Below, in pieces: positions 11,889-29,001 of a stretch of 48,519 nt of DNA. Under the pieces are notes generated by a model. That model made no database searches. It saw nothing but the letters and a program-made list of their open reading frames with translations, and was not told the DNA's origin. A program made the translations under genes and the position numbers. The stretch is from Sulfurimonas sp. (GTDB lineage Bacteria; Campylobacterota; Campylobacteria; Campylobacterales; Sulfurimonadaceae): contig JAERRX010000038.1 of NCBI GenBank assembly GCA_016735225.1, positions 1 through 48,519 of the forward strand, in the 5' to 3' direction. Position 1 is the first letter of the stretch, and each line of letters starts with the position of its first letter.

Positions 11889-12311
11889 GTGAAGACTCGC
11901 TTTACTCCATTGGTCAAGTTAAAAAAAACAGCGATGGAAAAAAGTGAGAGTTTAGTTCAAAAAGCAAATGCCGACTTGCTAAGTGCAAATATGGCTTTGC
12001 AAACCTCTTACGATGCACTAGATGATATAGAGTCACCTCAAGGCGGCACAATGGCTGACTTTTTAGCATCTAGGAGTTTGCTTTCTTCTGGAAGAGGCTT
12101 GATACAACACAACAAAGAGTGGGTAAACTTTACAACAAATGAAGTAAACAGTGCTAAAGAAAAACTAAAAGCAGATATGATAGAGTTTGAAAAATTTAAC
12201 TACCTAGAACTCCAAGAGATACAAAAAAAGATACAAGAGGCAAAGATACAAGAGGCAAAAGAGCTTGATGAAGTTGCCCTTATGACACATGCTCGCAAAT
12301 CAAAACATTGA
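11889..12311 (+). CDS. fliJ: Flagellar export protein FliJ family
   Basis: 140-aa coiled coil, EFEKF.YL and KELDE motifs, upstream of motE-like gene; GTG start. Confidence 0.7.
   Translation: MKTRFTPLVKLKKTAMEKSESLVQKANADLLSANMALQTSYDALDDIESPQGGTMADFLASRSLLSSGRGLIQHNKEWVNFTTNEVNSAKEKLKADMIEFEKFNYLELQEIQKKIQEAKIQEAKELDEVALMTHARKSKH
12227..12256 (+). repeat. Perfect 15-bp tandem repeat in fliJ (KIQEA x2)
   Basis: AAAGATACAAGAGGC twice in tandem, in frame. Confidence 0.85.
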
Positions 12312-12338
12312 ACATCACAAATCACAAAAGGACAAATA

Positions 12339-12848
12339 TTGAGAATAGTTATACTTTTTATACTAAGCTTTTCATCTCTCACAGCGATTCAAACAAGCGA
12401 TAGACTTTTTGATTGTACTGAAATATTTAAAGAAAGAAAGAGTGAGCTTTTAGTGGAACTAGAGCGGATAGATGAGCAAAAACAAGCTTTAAGTGCTTTA
12501 AAAACGGCAACCCAAGAACTTCTTACAAAAAAAGAAAATAGACTTCAAGAAAAAGAGGAGCTAGTCCAAAGTAAGTTAAATGAGATAAGTGCAAAAGAAG
12601 ACAATATTAAAAAAATGTTAAAAAGAAATGAAGATGTTTTAAAAGAGACCAAAGATATAAAGATGGACAAAGTAGCCCAAACTTTTGCAAAAATGAAACC
12701 ATCAGCATCTGCAAATATACTCTCAGATATGGACACAAAAGAAGCAGCATCTATCTTAAGCTCTTTAAAACCAAAAACAGTTGGGAAGATCCTAACTAAA
12801 ATGGATGCAAAAAAAGCTTCACAATTAACATTGATATTGTCAAAATAA
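12339..12848 (+). CDS. MotE / MgtE_N-like flagellar-associated protein
   Basis: Signal peptide, coiled coil, C-terminal KMKPSASANILSDMD..AASILSSLKP..ILTKMD repeats; TTG start. Confidence 0.75.
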   Translation: MRIVILFILSFSSLTAIQTSDRLFDCTEIFKERKSELLVELERIDEQKQALSALKTATQELLTKKENRLQEKEELVQSKLNEISAKEDNIKKMLKRNEDVLKETKDIKMDKVAQTFAKMKPSASANILSDMDTKEAASILSSLKPKTVGKILTKMDAKKASQLTLILSK

Positions 12849-12870
12849 ACAAAGAGAGAGAACTTCTAAA

Positions 12871-12921
12871 GTAGGAACCTCGACTAAAGTCGAGGCTAAG
12901 AGGTAAAAACTATAGACCTCT
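12871..12921. terminator. Hairpins between convergent motE and rpoC (probable bidirectional terminator, REP-like)
   Basis: CCTCGAC-TAAA-GTCGAGG (12878-12895) preceded by GTAGGAA; second stem AGAGGT..ACCTCT (12899-12921). Confidence 0.55.
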
Positions 12922-12934
12922 AATGATAGAAAGC

Positions 12935-21614
<8,680 letters not shown>

Positions 21615-21761
21615 TTAACTTAATCATTTTGATTAAGAGGGGTATCTATGACTTAAGCGTCCTTAGACATAGATTTAGTTACAGTGCTTATAAACGACAT
21701 AAGGGCACTTTTACAAAAGGATAAAAATCCTATTGTAAAAGCACCCAAAAATATGATAGAA

Positions 21762-21787
21762 GCATAGGAAAATATATTTTCCTATGC
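21762..21787 (-). terminator. Attenuator-like hairpin after rplL
   Basis: Perfect 26-bp palindrome GCATAGGAAAATATATTTTCCTATGC, followed on the minus strand by a weak U-rich tract. Confidence 0.6.
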
Positions 21788-21801
21788 ATAGCCATTAGGC
21801 T

Positions 21802-22170
21802 CTATTTAACTTCTGCAGTAGCTCCAGCTGCTTCTAAAGCGGCTTTAGCTTCAGCTGCAGCTTCTTTATCTACACCCTCTTTGATTGTAGATGGTAAACC
21901 TTCACAAGCTTCTTTTGCTTCTTTAAGTCCTAGACCAGTTAAAGCACGAACAGCTTTAATAACACCAATTTTCTTAGCACCAATATCAGTCAATACTACA
22001 TCAAATTCAGTTTTCTCAGCAACAGCTTCTCCAGCAACAGCTCCACCAGCTACAGCAACAGGTTGTGCAGATACACCAAATTTTTCTTCAAATTCTTTTA
22101 CAAGTTCAGAAAGTTCAAGAACTGAAAGTCCTGAAATAAATTCTAATACATCTTCTTTAGTTACAGCCAT
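21802..22170 (-). CDS. rplL: 50S ribosomal protein L7/L12
   Basis: [29 protein letters not shown]. Confidence 0.98.
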   Translation of the reverse strand: MAVTKEDVLEFISGLSVLELSELVKEFEEKFGVSAQPVAVAGGAVAGEAVAEKTEFDVVLTDIGAKKIGVIKAVRALTGLGLKEAKEACEGLPSTIKEGVDKEAAAEAKAALEAAGATAEVK

Positions 22171-22240
22171 ATTAGGCTCCTTATATATAAATATTTAAGA
22201 GAAGCAATCTTCTCTTATTTGTTAAAAGCTATGCTTAAAA

Positions 22241-22729
22241 TTAAGCTGCTTCCTCTTCTTCTTTTTTCTCTTTAAGAGCATTAAGTCCGATAGTAAAGTT
22301 TGCAACAGGTGCCATCCAAGTAGCAGCTAGCATTGCAAGTAACTCATCACGACCTGGAAGTTTAGCAAATGCTTCAACTTTAGATGCATCAGCAACTTCA
22401 CGATCAATATAAGCAGACTTAATTACAAATTTTTCATTATCTTTAGCAAATTCAGAAACTACTTTAGAAGTAGCAACAGAATCTTCACCCCAGACAAGAA
22501 TATTTGTATCTTGTAATTCAACTCCTGTTAAATCAGCATTTTTTAACGATATAGTTGCTAAAGTATTTTTAACAACTTGTACTTTTGCTTCTTTTTCACG
22601 AGCGATTTTTCTTAAACTTTCAAGTTCAACAACGCTTAAACCTTTATAATCACAAAAGATTACAGATTGAGCAGTTTTGAATTCACTTGAAAGAACTTCA
22701 ATAATTTCAGCTTTTTGTGTTTTTGTCAT
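22241..22729 (-). CDS. rplJ: 50S ribosomal protein L10
   Basis: DYKGL, VVKNTLA, AKLPGRDEL; start MTKTQK after AAGGAG. Confidence 0.97.
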   Translation of the reverse strand: MTKTQKAEIIEVLSSEFKTAQSVIFCDYKGLSVVELESLRKIAREKEAKVQVVKNTLATISLKNADLTGVELQDTNILVWGEDSVATSKVVSEFAKDNEKFVIKSAYIDREVADASKVEAFAKLPGRDELLAMLAATWMAPVANFTIGLNALKEKKEEEEAA

Positions 22730-22752
22730 AGAATTTCTCCTTCCCAGACAAC

Positions 22753-22798
22753 ACTTCAAACAGGAATATTAAGCTTTACAGCACCCGTTATCTTTAGT
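22753..22798 (-). promoter_or_regulatory. L10 leader (rplJL autoregulatory RNA element)
   Basis: Minus strand ACTAAAGATAACGGGTGC-TGTAAA-GCTTAATATTCCTGTTTGAAGT resembles the L10-leader pattern; directly upstream of the rplJ SD. Confidence 0.7.
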
Positions 22799-22870
22799 CC
22801 ATAAAATGCAGTTACTAAAGTAGTAACTTTATAGTATCTCACTTAAAGTGAAATACTAAAAATTACTAGA

Positions 22871-23563
22871 TTATTTTATATCTGCTAGTTCATTAAGATC
22901 AAGCTTTACCGCTGGACTCATTGTTAAACTTAAGACAGCATTTTGAATATATCTACCTTTTGCAGAAGCTGGTTTTTGCTTGTTTATTGCTTGTAAAAAA
23001 GAAGTTAAGTTCTCAGCAATTTGATTTGCCTCAAAACTAGCTTTACCAATACCAGCATGGATATTACCTTTTTTATCAACTCTAAAATTAACCTGACCAC
23101 CCTTAACATTTTTAACTGCTGTTGCAACATCAGGAGTTACTGTACCAGTTTTAGGGTTAGGCATCAAACCTTTTGGTCCAAGAATACGACCTATTTGACC
23201 AACAAGTCCCATACAGTCAGGAGCAGCAACAACTACATCAAAGTTGAATATTCCCTCTTTTATCTCTGCTACTAAATCATCAGTACCAACTATATCAGCA
23301 CCAGCAGCCTTAGCTTCATCAGCTTTAACACCCTTAGCAAATACTGCAACACGAACAGTTTTACCAGTTCCGTGAGGAAGTACAATCGCACCACGAACCA
23401 TTTGATCAGCATGTCTTGGATCAACATTTAAGTTCATTGCAATCTCTACAGTTTCATCAAACTTAGCACTTTTTAGCTCTTTAACTAAGCCTGATGCATC
23501 TGTAACACCATACATTTTTGTATTATCAATTTTTTCTAATAATTGTTTAAATCTTTTACTCAT
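22871..23563 (-). CDS. rplA: 50S ribosomal protein L1
   Basis: [30 protein letters not shown]; start MSKRF after AGGAG. Confidence 0.98.
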   Translation of the reverse strand: MSKRFKQLLEKIDNTKMYGVTDASGLVKELKSAKFDETVEIAMNLNVDPRHADQMVRGAIVLPHGTGKTVRVAVFAKGVKADEAKAAGADIVGTDDLVAEIKEGIFNFDVVVAAPDCMGLVGQIGRILGPKGLMPNPKTGTVTPDVATAVKNVKGGQVNFRVDKKGNIHAGIGKASFEANQIAENLTSFLQAINKQKPASAKGRYIQNAVLSLTMSPAVKLDLNELADIK

Positions 23564-23646
23564 TTTCAAATTCTCCTATGAAATTCTTCCACAAAATTTT
23601 AAATCACTGTGGTTATGATCAATAGCGGTACAAAAGTTCCAACTAC

Positions 23647-24072
23647 CTATTCAACTATATCAACACCCATTGATCTTGCTGTACCTGAAATAGTGTTTGC
23701 AGCCATCTCTAAATCATCGGTATTTAAATCAACAATTTTTCTCTCAACAACTTCCATTAGTTGAGCACGAGTCAATTTTCCAACTTTATTTTTAAGAGGA
23801 TTGTCTGTACCCTTTTTAAGGTTTGCTGCTTTCATTATCAATGCGGCCGCTGTTGGCTGTTTTGTAACAAAAGTAAAACTTCTATCAGAATATACAGTAA
23901 TTACAGTAGGAACTTTAAAGCCCATCAAGTCTTTAGTTTTTTCGTTGAATGCTTTAGTGAACTCCATGATATTAACACCACGCTGACCTAGTGCTGGTCC
24001 AACTGGTGGAGCAGGGTTTGCTTTTCCAGCATCAATTTGTAGGTTGATATAACCCGTTATTTTCTTTGCCAT
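23647..24072 (-). CDS. rplK: 50S ribosomal protein L11
   Basis: [23 protein letters not shown]. Confidence 0.98.
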   Translation of the reverse strand: MAKKITGYINLQIDAGKANPAPPVGPALGQRGVNIMEFTKAFNEKTKDLMGFKVPTVITVYSDRSFTFVTKQPTAAALIMKAANLKKGTDNPLKNKVGKLTRAQLMEVVERKIVDLNTDDLEMAANTISGTARSMGVDIVE

Positions 24073-24092
24073 ATTTATTTCCTTTGTTTAAA

Positions 24093-24620
24093 TTAAATTA
24101 TTTTTTCTACTTGAGTATATGAGATATCAACTGGGGTCGCTCTTCCAAAAATCGAAACATTAAGCTTGAGTGTTCCATGTTCTAAGTCATACTCATCAAC
24201 AGTTGCAGTAAAGTTTGCAAATGGACCCTCGTTTATACGAACAGTTTCTCCATTTTCAAAAAATACTTTTGGTTTTGGAGCTGCACGATTGTTTACACGG
24301 TCTAAAATTACATTAATATCATGCTCGCTTAGAGGTGTTGGTATATTTGACTCGCCAATAAATCCTGAAACTTTTGGTAGAGATTGTATTAGATGTTGAA
24401 CTTCTGTATTTAGATCAATATTTGCGAAAACATAACCAGAGTATAAAGAGCGCTCTGTTATCTTTTTTTTCCCATCTTTAACTTCAATAACATCTTCAGT
24501 AGGAACAATTACCTCTGCTATAAAGTCTTGGAGTCCCATCTCTTCAATCATATTAAGAATAGCATCTCTTACTAAACGGTCATTTCCATAAGTTTGTATT
24601 GAGTACCATTGATGTGCCAT
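24093..24620 (-). CDS. nusG: Transcription factor NusG
   Basis: NGN domain plus KOW ([16 protein letters not shown]). Confidence 0.97.
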   Translation of the reverse strand: MAHQWYSIQTYGNDRLVRDAILNMIEEMGLQDFIAEVIVPTEDVIEVKDGKKKITERSLYSGYVFANIDLNTEVQHLIQSLPKVSGFIGESNIPTPLSEHDINVILDRVNNRAAPKPKVFFENGETVRINEGPFANFTATVDEYDLEHGTLKLNVSIFGRATPVDISYTQVEKII

Positions 24621-24629
24621 ACTTATTCC

Positions 24630-24809
24630 TTAACCTAAAATTGCAGACATTACTGAGGACATCAATAGATCTACTAGTGCTAAAAAAGAGGCTATTACGG
24701 TAACTACAATAATTACAGAAATATAAGCTTGCTTCACTTGACCTTTAGTAGGAAAAATCACCTTTGCTAGTTCTGACCTTGCATTTTTTATATGTAAACT
24801 TAAATTCAT
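24630..24809 (-). CDS. secE: Preprotein translocase SecE (59 aa), absent from the ORF track
   Basis: MNLSLHIKNARSELAKVIFPTKGQVKQAYISVIIVVTVIASFLALVDLLMSSVMSAILG; between tRNA-Trp and nusG. Confidence 0.93.
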   Translation of the reverse strand: MNLSLHIKNARSELAKVIFPTKGQVKQAYISVIIVVTVIASFLALVDLLMSSVMSAILG

Positions 24810-24872
24810 TAAATATTCCTATAGGTGCATTAATTATTATTAGAGCTCTTAAGCTTTACTAATAATTAATGG

Positions 24873-24948
24873 TGGCAGGCGTGGAGAGACTCGAACTCCC
24901 AACACCCGGATTTGGAATCCGGTGCTCTACCATTGGAGCTACACGCCT
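24873..24948 (-). tRNA. tRNA-Trp(CCA)
   Basis: 76-nt cloverleaf, anticodon arm CCGGA-TTCCAAA-TCCGG, GTTCGAGTC T-loop, encoded CCA. Confidence 0.96.
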
Positions 24949-24986
24949 AAAGTTGAAACCTAAAAAAAGTAGGTTTCGGACTTTTA

Positions 24987-25139
24987 TTACAGTTTCATCT
25001 CTTTGTGAACAGTATGCTCACGACAAAATTTGCAATATTTTTTTACTGAAAATTTTTCAGTATGTATTTTTTTATTTTTAGTTGTGTGATAATTGCGTCT
25101 AGTACATTTCTCACAACCTAAGTGAATTGCTTCTCTCAT
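24987..25139 (-). CDS. rpmG: 50S ribosomal protein L33 (Zn-ribbon form, 50 aa), absent from the ORF track
   Basis: MREAIHLGCEKCTRRNYHTTKNKKIHTEKFSVKKYCKFCREHTVHKEMKL. Confidence 0.96.
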   Translation of the reverse strand: MREAIHLGCEKCTRRNYHTTKNKKIHTEKFSVKKYCKFCREHTVHKEMKL

Positions 25140-25186
25140 TTTTCTACCTTAGTATTAAAGGATTTTGCAAATTAGCCAAAGGCTAA

Positions 25187-26386
25187 TTATGCAACAATCT
25201 CAGCAACAACACCAGCACCAACTGTTCTACCACCTTCACGGATAGCGAACTTAGTACCTTGTTCCATTGCAATTGGGTGAATTAATTCAGCAGTTATGCT
25301 TACATTATCACCTGGCATAACCATCTCTGTACCTTCTGGTAAAGTGATTGCACCCGTAACATCAGTTGTACGAACATAGAACTGAGGACGGTAACCGTTA
25401 AAGAATGGAGTATGTCTTCCACCTTCATCTTTACTTAGAACATAGATTTCAGCAGTAAATTTTGTGTGAGGAGTTATAGTACCTGGCTTACAAAGTACTT
25501 GACCACGCTCAACATCATCTTTACCTATACCACGAACTAATATACCACAATTGTCGCCAGCTTCACCTTGATCCATCTCTTTACTAAACATCTCAACACC
25601 AGTAACTGTAGTTGTTTGTGTATCACGAATACCAACGATTTCTACTTCTTCACCAATCTTAATGACACCACGCTCGATACGACCAGTAACAACTGTTCCA
25701 CGACCAGAGATTGAGAAAACATCCTCCACAGGCATTAAAAATTCTTTATCTGTTTCACGAGTAGGCTCAGGAATATATTCATCAACTTGTTTCATTAACT
25801 CAATAATTTTAGCTGACCAGTCACCTAAAGCACCAGTTTTAGCTTCTTCAAGAGCCATAGTTGCAGAACCAGCTACGATTGGAGTATCATCACCTGGGAA
25901 ATCATATAGGTCAAGAAGTTCACGAATTTCCATCTCAACTAATTCCATTAACTCTTCATCATCAACCATATCTTCTTTGTTCATGAAAACAACGATATAT
26001 GGTACACCAACTTGCTTAGAAAGAAGGATATGCTCACGAGTTTGTGGCATAGGACCATCAGCTGCAGAAACAACTAAAATAGCACCATCCATTTGAGCAG
26101 CACCTGTAATCATATTCTTAACATAATCCGCGTGACCTGGGCAGTCAACATGCGCATAATGACGAATATCAGTTTCATACTCAACATGTGAAGTAGCGAT
26201 AGTAATTCCACGTTCTCTTTCTTCTGGAGCATTATCAATTTGATCATAGTCCATAAGTTCAGCACCATTTGTTACTGCTAATACTGCAGTAATTGCTGCC
26301 GTTAATGTTGTTTTACCATGATCAACGTGACCAATAGTACCAATGTTTACATGCGGTTTATTACGCTCAAACTTTTCTTTTGCCAT
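25187..26386 (-). CDS. tuf: Elongation factor Tu
   Basis: [31 protein letters not shown]. Confidence 0.99.
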   Translation of the reverse strand: MAKEKFERNKPHVNIGTIGHVDHGKTTLTAAITAVLAVTNGAELMDYDQIDNAPEERERGITIATSHVEYETDIRHYAHVDCPGHADYVKNMITGAAQMDGAILVVSAADGPMPQTREHILLSKQVGVPYIVVFMNKEDMVDDEELMELVEMEIRELLDLYDFPGDDTPIVAGSATMALEEAKTGALGDWSAKIIELMKQVDEYIPEPTRETDKEFLMPVEDVFSISGRGTVVTGRIERGVIKIGEEVEIVGIRDTQTTTVTGVEMFSKEMDQGEAGDNCGILVRGIGKDDVERGQVLCKPGTITPHTKFTAEIYVLSKDEGGRHTPFFNGYRPQFYVRTTDVTGAITLPEGTEMVMPGDNVSITAELIHPIAMEQGTKFAIREGGRTVGAGVVAEIVA

Positions 26387-26421
26387 AGTGTCCTCCGACT
26401 TTAATTGTGAATTGAAACGGG

Positions 26422-26457
26422 ATTATACCCAAAAATCATTCAATTATTGCTTAAAAT
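26422..26457 (-). promoter_or_regulatory. Internal sigma70 promoter upstream of tuf
   Basis: Minus strand TTTTAAGC...TTTTTGGG-TATAAT (-10 at 26427-26422). Confidence 0.6.
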
Positions 26458-26475
26458 TTATTATTTTATATTTAG

Positions 26476-26550
26476 TGGTGCTGACGGTGGGATTTGAACC
26501 CACGGCCTCTTACTTACCAAGCAAGTGCTCTACCCCTGAGCCACGACAGC
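26476..26550 (-). tRNA. tRNA-Thr(GGT)
   Basis: 75 nt, anticodon loop TTGGTAA, encoded CCA; one U-U mismatch in the acceptor stem. Confidence 0.94.
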
Positions 26551-26712
26551 ATTGGTAATTAACAAGCAATAATTGCATAATTTTATTTAACAGTTGTATT
26601 TTATTTATTAGTTTATGATTAGATTTAAAGCTTTATAGTTATATTAAATATACTATAAGTGAAGTTAATTTGTTGAAATTGTACTTCAGCTTCCAGAAGA
26701 TAATTGGTTCAA

Positions 26713-26788
<76 letters not shown>

Positions 26789-26799
26789 AGCTTCATTGA

Positions 26800-26884
26800 T
26801 GGTGGTGAGAAGAGGAGTCGAACCTCTGAACCCATAGGGAGCAGATTTACAGTCTGCCGTCGTTGGCCACTTGACTATCTCACC
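26800..26884 (-). tRNA. tRNA-Tyr(GTA)
   Basis: 85 nt with long variable arm, GCAGA-CTGTAAA-TCTGC anticodon arm. Confidence 0.96.
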
Positions 26885-26935
26885 ATTTTTAATTATTATA
26901 TCTGGTCTAACACTGTTTCTAATATTCTATTTCAA

Positions 26936-27012
26936 TGGTGCTGACACGAGGATTTGAACCCCGGGCCTGTTGATTACAAATCAACTGCTCTAGCCAACTG
27001 AGCTATGTCAGC
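26936..27012 (-). tRNA. tRNA-Thr(TGT)
   Basis: GTTGA-TTTGTAA-TCAAC anticodon arm, ACCA end; canonical Thr-Tyr-Gly-Thr-tuf order. Confidence 0.96.
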
Positions 27013-27029
27013 ATCGAAATTGAGTCAGA

Positions 27030-27058
27030 ATTATAGTAAAAATTGTTTTTAATGTCAA
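27030..27058 (-). promoter_or_regulatory. Consensus sigma70 promoter of the tRNA-tuf operon
   Basis: TTGACA-17 bp-TATAAT on the minus strand, 17 nt upstream of tRNA-Thr. Confidence 0.9.
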
Positions 27059-27067
27059 GGGTATTTA

Positions 27068-28990
27068 CTAGAAGTTTATAAATTCATCATCTTTTAAGAT
27101 TATTGGCTCCCACCTGCCACTATATTTTTTGATCTCTTTGGCTATCTGAATTAAAAATGTTGGCTTGATATGGTTTATATAAAGCTCTATATCATCCCTT
27201 TTTAAGCACTCTAATGCTTTAAAGAGTAGCTTTGGTGTTAGATGCTTAGAGTCTTTTGCCAGCTTATCCATGATAGATGGAAATGAACATTCTATAACCA
27301 TAGATTTAATATTTTTATTGTTATTTAATATCTCTATGACATTATCTAGTGCATAGGTATCGGCTGTAATTAGTACCGAACTACTCTCTTTTTTATATAT
27401 ATACCCGCAACTAGGAACTGTGTGATCTGTTTTAAATGCTCTTATGGATTCATTTGTTCCAATTTTATACTCTTTATCCAATCTTATTTCCGTGTATGAT
27501 AGAGAAGCTTTAGTAGAATTTTTTAAACATATTTTTGAAAAATCAGGCCAAATCAGGTTGTTGAAAAAATGCTTCTTTAGAGCTTTTATAGTTTCTGGTA
27601 GAGCCATAATATTTAATGTTATCTCTCTGTTAGAATAATAATTGTCAAGTATATAGGCAATATCACTTATATGGTCTAGGTGAGAGTGAGTTAGCCAAAT
27701 ATTTTGAATATCTGCACATTGATCATTCATAGTGGAAAGAAGATTTCCAGCATCTATAACATTTTTATCGTTTAAGTAAAAAGAACTTGTGCCAAAACCT
27801 TTTGCTTTTGTTCCATAAGCTCCAAGTATTTTTATCTTGTTTTTATCAATATTTTTATCTATCGTAATATCTTTATACTTATCTTTAAAATGCTCTCTAA
27901 CTGCAACTATTTCATCTAAGTTTGTAAAGAACAGATCTATAAGTTTTGGGTCAAAATGCTCTCCTCTTTCTTTTTTTAAGAGTTTAAATATCTTCTCATC
28001 ACTCCATGCTTTTTTATAAACCCTGTCTGAGCCAAGAGCATCAAAGACATCGGCTAAAGCTGTAATACGACCATATATATGAATCTCTTCACCTTTTAGA
28101 TGGTTTGGGTATCCTCTCCCATTCCATTTTTCATGATGTTCGTAGGCTACTATAGATGCTGCTTTTAAAAGTGGTCTTTTTGAGTTTTTTATCATACTGC
28201 AACCTAGTTCAGCATGAGTATCCATTATTTTTCTCTCTTCTTCATTGAAACGACCTGGTTTTTTAAGTATGGCATCTGGAATGGCTACTTTTCCTATATC
28301 GTGCATAGGTGAAGATTGTTTTAAAAGTTCTGCTTCTTTTTCATCCATGCCATAAGCAAGAGCTAAAATTTTAGAATACTCAGCTACTCTTCTTACATGG
28401 TTTCCTGTTTCTTTGCTCCTACTCTCCCCAATAGCACCCATAGTAAAGATAACCTCTTGTTGAGTCTCTTCTATCTCTTTTGTTAAACTAGCCGATACTA
28501 GAGTCTCAGCAGCATAGGTGCTTGCCAACATAAGACGCTGCATATCCTTTTCATCAAAGACACCCTTAGCTCCTCTGTGATTTATCACTTGAAATGCACC
28601 TATTATTTCATCATTATTATCAAACATAGGAATAACCATCATACTTTTTGTAGTGTAGCCTGTTTGCTTATCTACCTCTGGGTTAAACCTACTGTCATTG
28701 TGCACATCATCTACAATGATCTTTTTTCTAGTTGATATCGCACTTCCTACAATTCCAGAATCCATCGACATTCTTATTGCATCTATGCCATGTGATACTT
28801 TTGTCCAGATCTCATTATTTTCTTTATCGACAATCCAAACAGTGCATCTATCAGAGGAGGTCAAAGCTCTTCCCATATTTGCTAAAACACCTATAATATC
28901 ATCATACTTTCTTAGAGAGGACACCTCTGTTAAGTAGGTAAATATAAGTTGTAGTATCTCATTTGCATCTAAGCTTCTTGCATGTTTCAT
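27068..28990 (-). CDS. GAF + HD-GYP + metallo-beta-lactamase-fold class II cyclic-nucleotide phosphodiesterase fusion
   Basis: GAF (about aa 10-165); HD-GYP ETGNHVRRV, MHDIGK, HHEKWNGRGYP, ADVFDAL..RVYK; MBL ILGAYG, THSHLDHI, DHTVP, ADT, ECSFPS, KHLTP, NHIKP. Confidence 0.88.
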   Translation of the reverse strand: MKHARSLDANEILQLIFTYLTEVSSLRKYDDIIGVLANMGRALTSSDRCTVWIVDKENNEIWTKVSHGIDAIRMSMDSGIVGSAISTRKKIIVDDVHNDSRFNPEVDKQTGYTTKSMMVIPMFDNNDEIIGAFQVINHRGAKGVFDEKDMQRLMLASTYAAETLVSASLTKEIEETQQEVIFTMGAIGESRSKETGNHVRRVAEYSKILALAYGMDEKEAELLKQSSPMHDIGKVAIPDAILKKPGRFNEEERKIMDTHAELGCSMIKNSKRPLLKAASIVAYEHHEKWNGRGYPNHLKGEEIHIYGRITALADVFDALGSDRVYKKAWSDEKIFKLLKKERGEHFDPKLIDLFFTNLDEIVAVREHFKDKYKDITIDKNIDKNKIKILGAYGTKAKGFGTSSFYLNDKNVIDAGNLLSTMNDQCADIQNIWLTHSHLDHISDIAYILDNYYSNREITLNIMALPETIKALKKHFFNNLIWPDFSKICLKNSTKASLSYTEIRLDKEYKIGTNESIRAFKTDHTVPSCGYIYKKESSSVLITADTYALDNVIEILNNNKNIKSMVIECSFPSIMDKLAKDSKHLTPKLLFKALECLKRDDIELYINHIKPTFLIQIAKEIKKYSGRWEPIILKDDEFINF

Positions 28991-29001
28991 CTTTAGTTCT
29001 C

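Noticed and set aside
12227-12256. 15-bp tandem repeat in fliJ as a contingency locus
   Set aside because: Only two in-frame copies in a coiled coil; little predicted effect
23570-23646. Possible L1-binding element between rplK and rplA (CCACA...TGTGG stem)
   Set aside because: Position is plausible, but I could not match the L1-site consensus with confidence
24870-24875. CCACCA at the 3' end of tRNA-Trp, resembling a tRNA decay tag
   Set aside because: Genome-encoded trailer that overlaps the adjacent hairpin and would normally be trimmed; the acceptor stem looks normal
24869-25081. 70-aa plus-strand ORF (also 26343-26558)
   Set aside because: Antisense shadows of tRNA genes, rpmG and tuf
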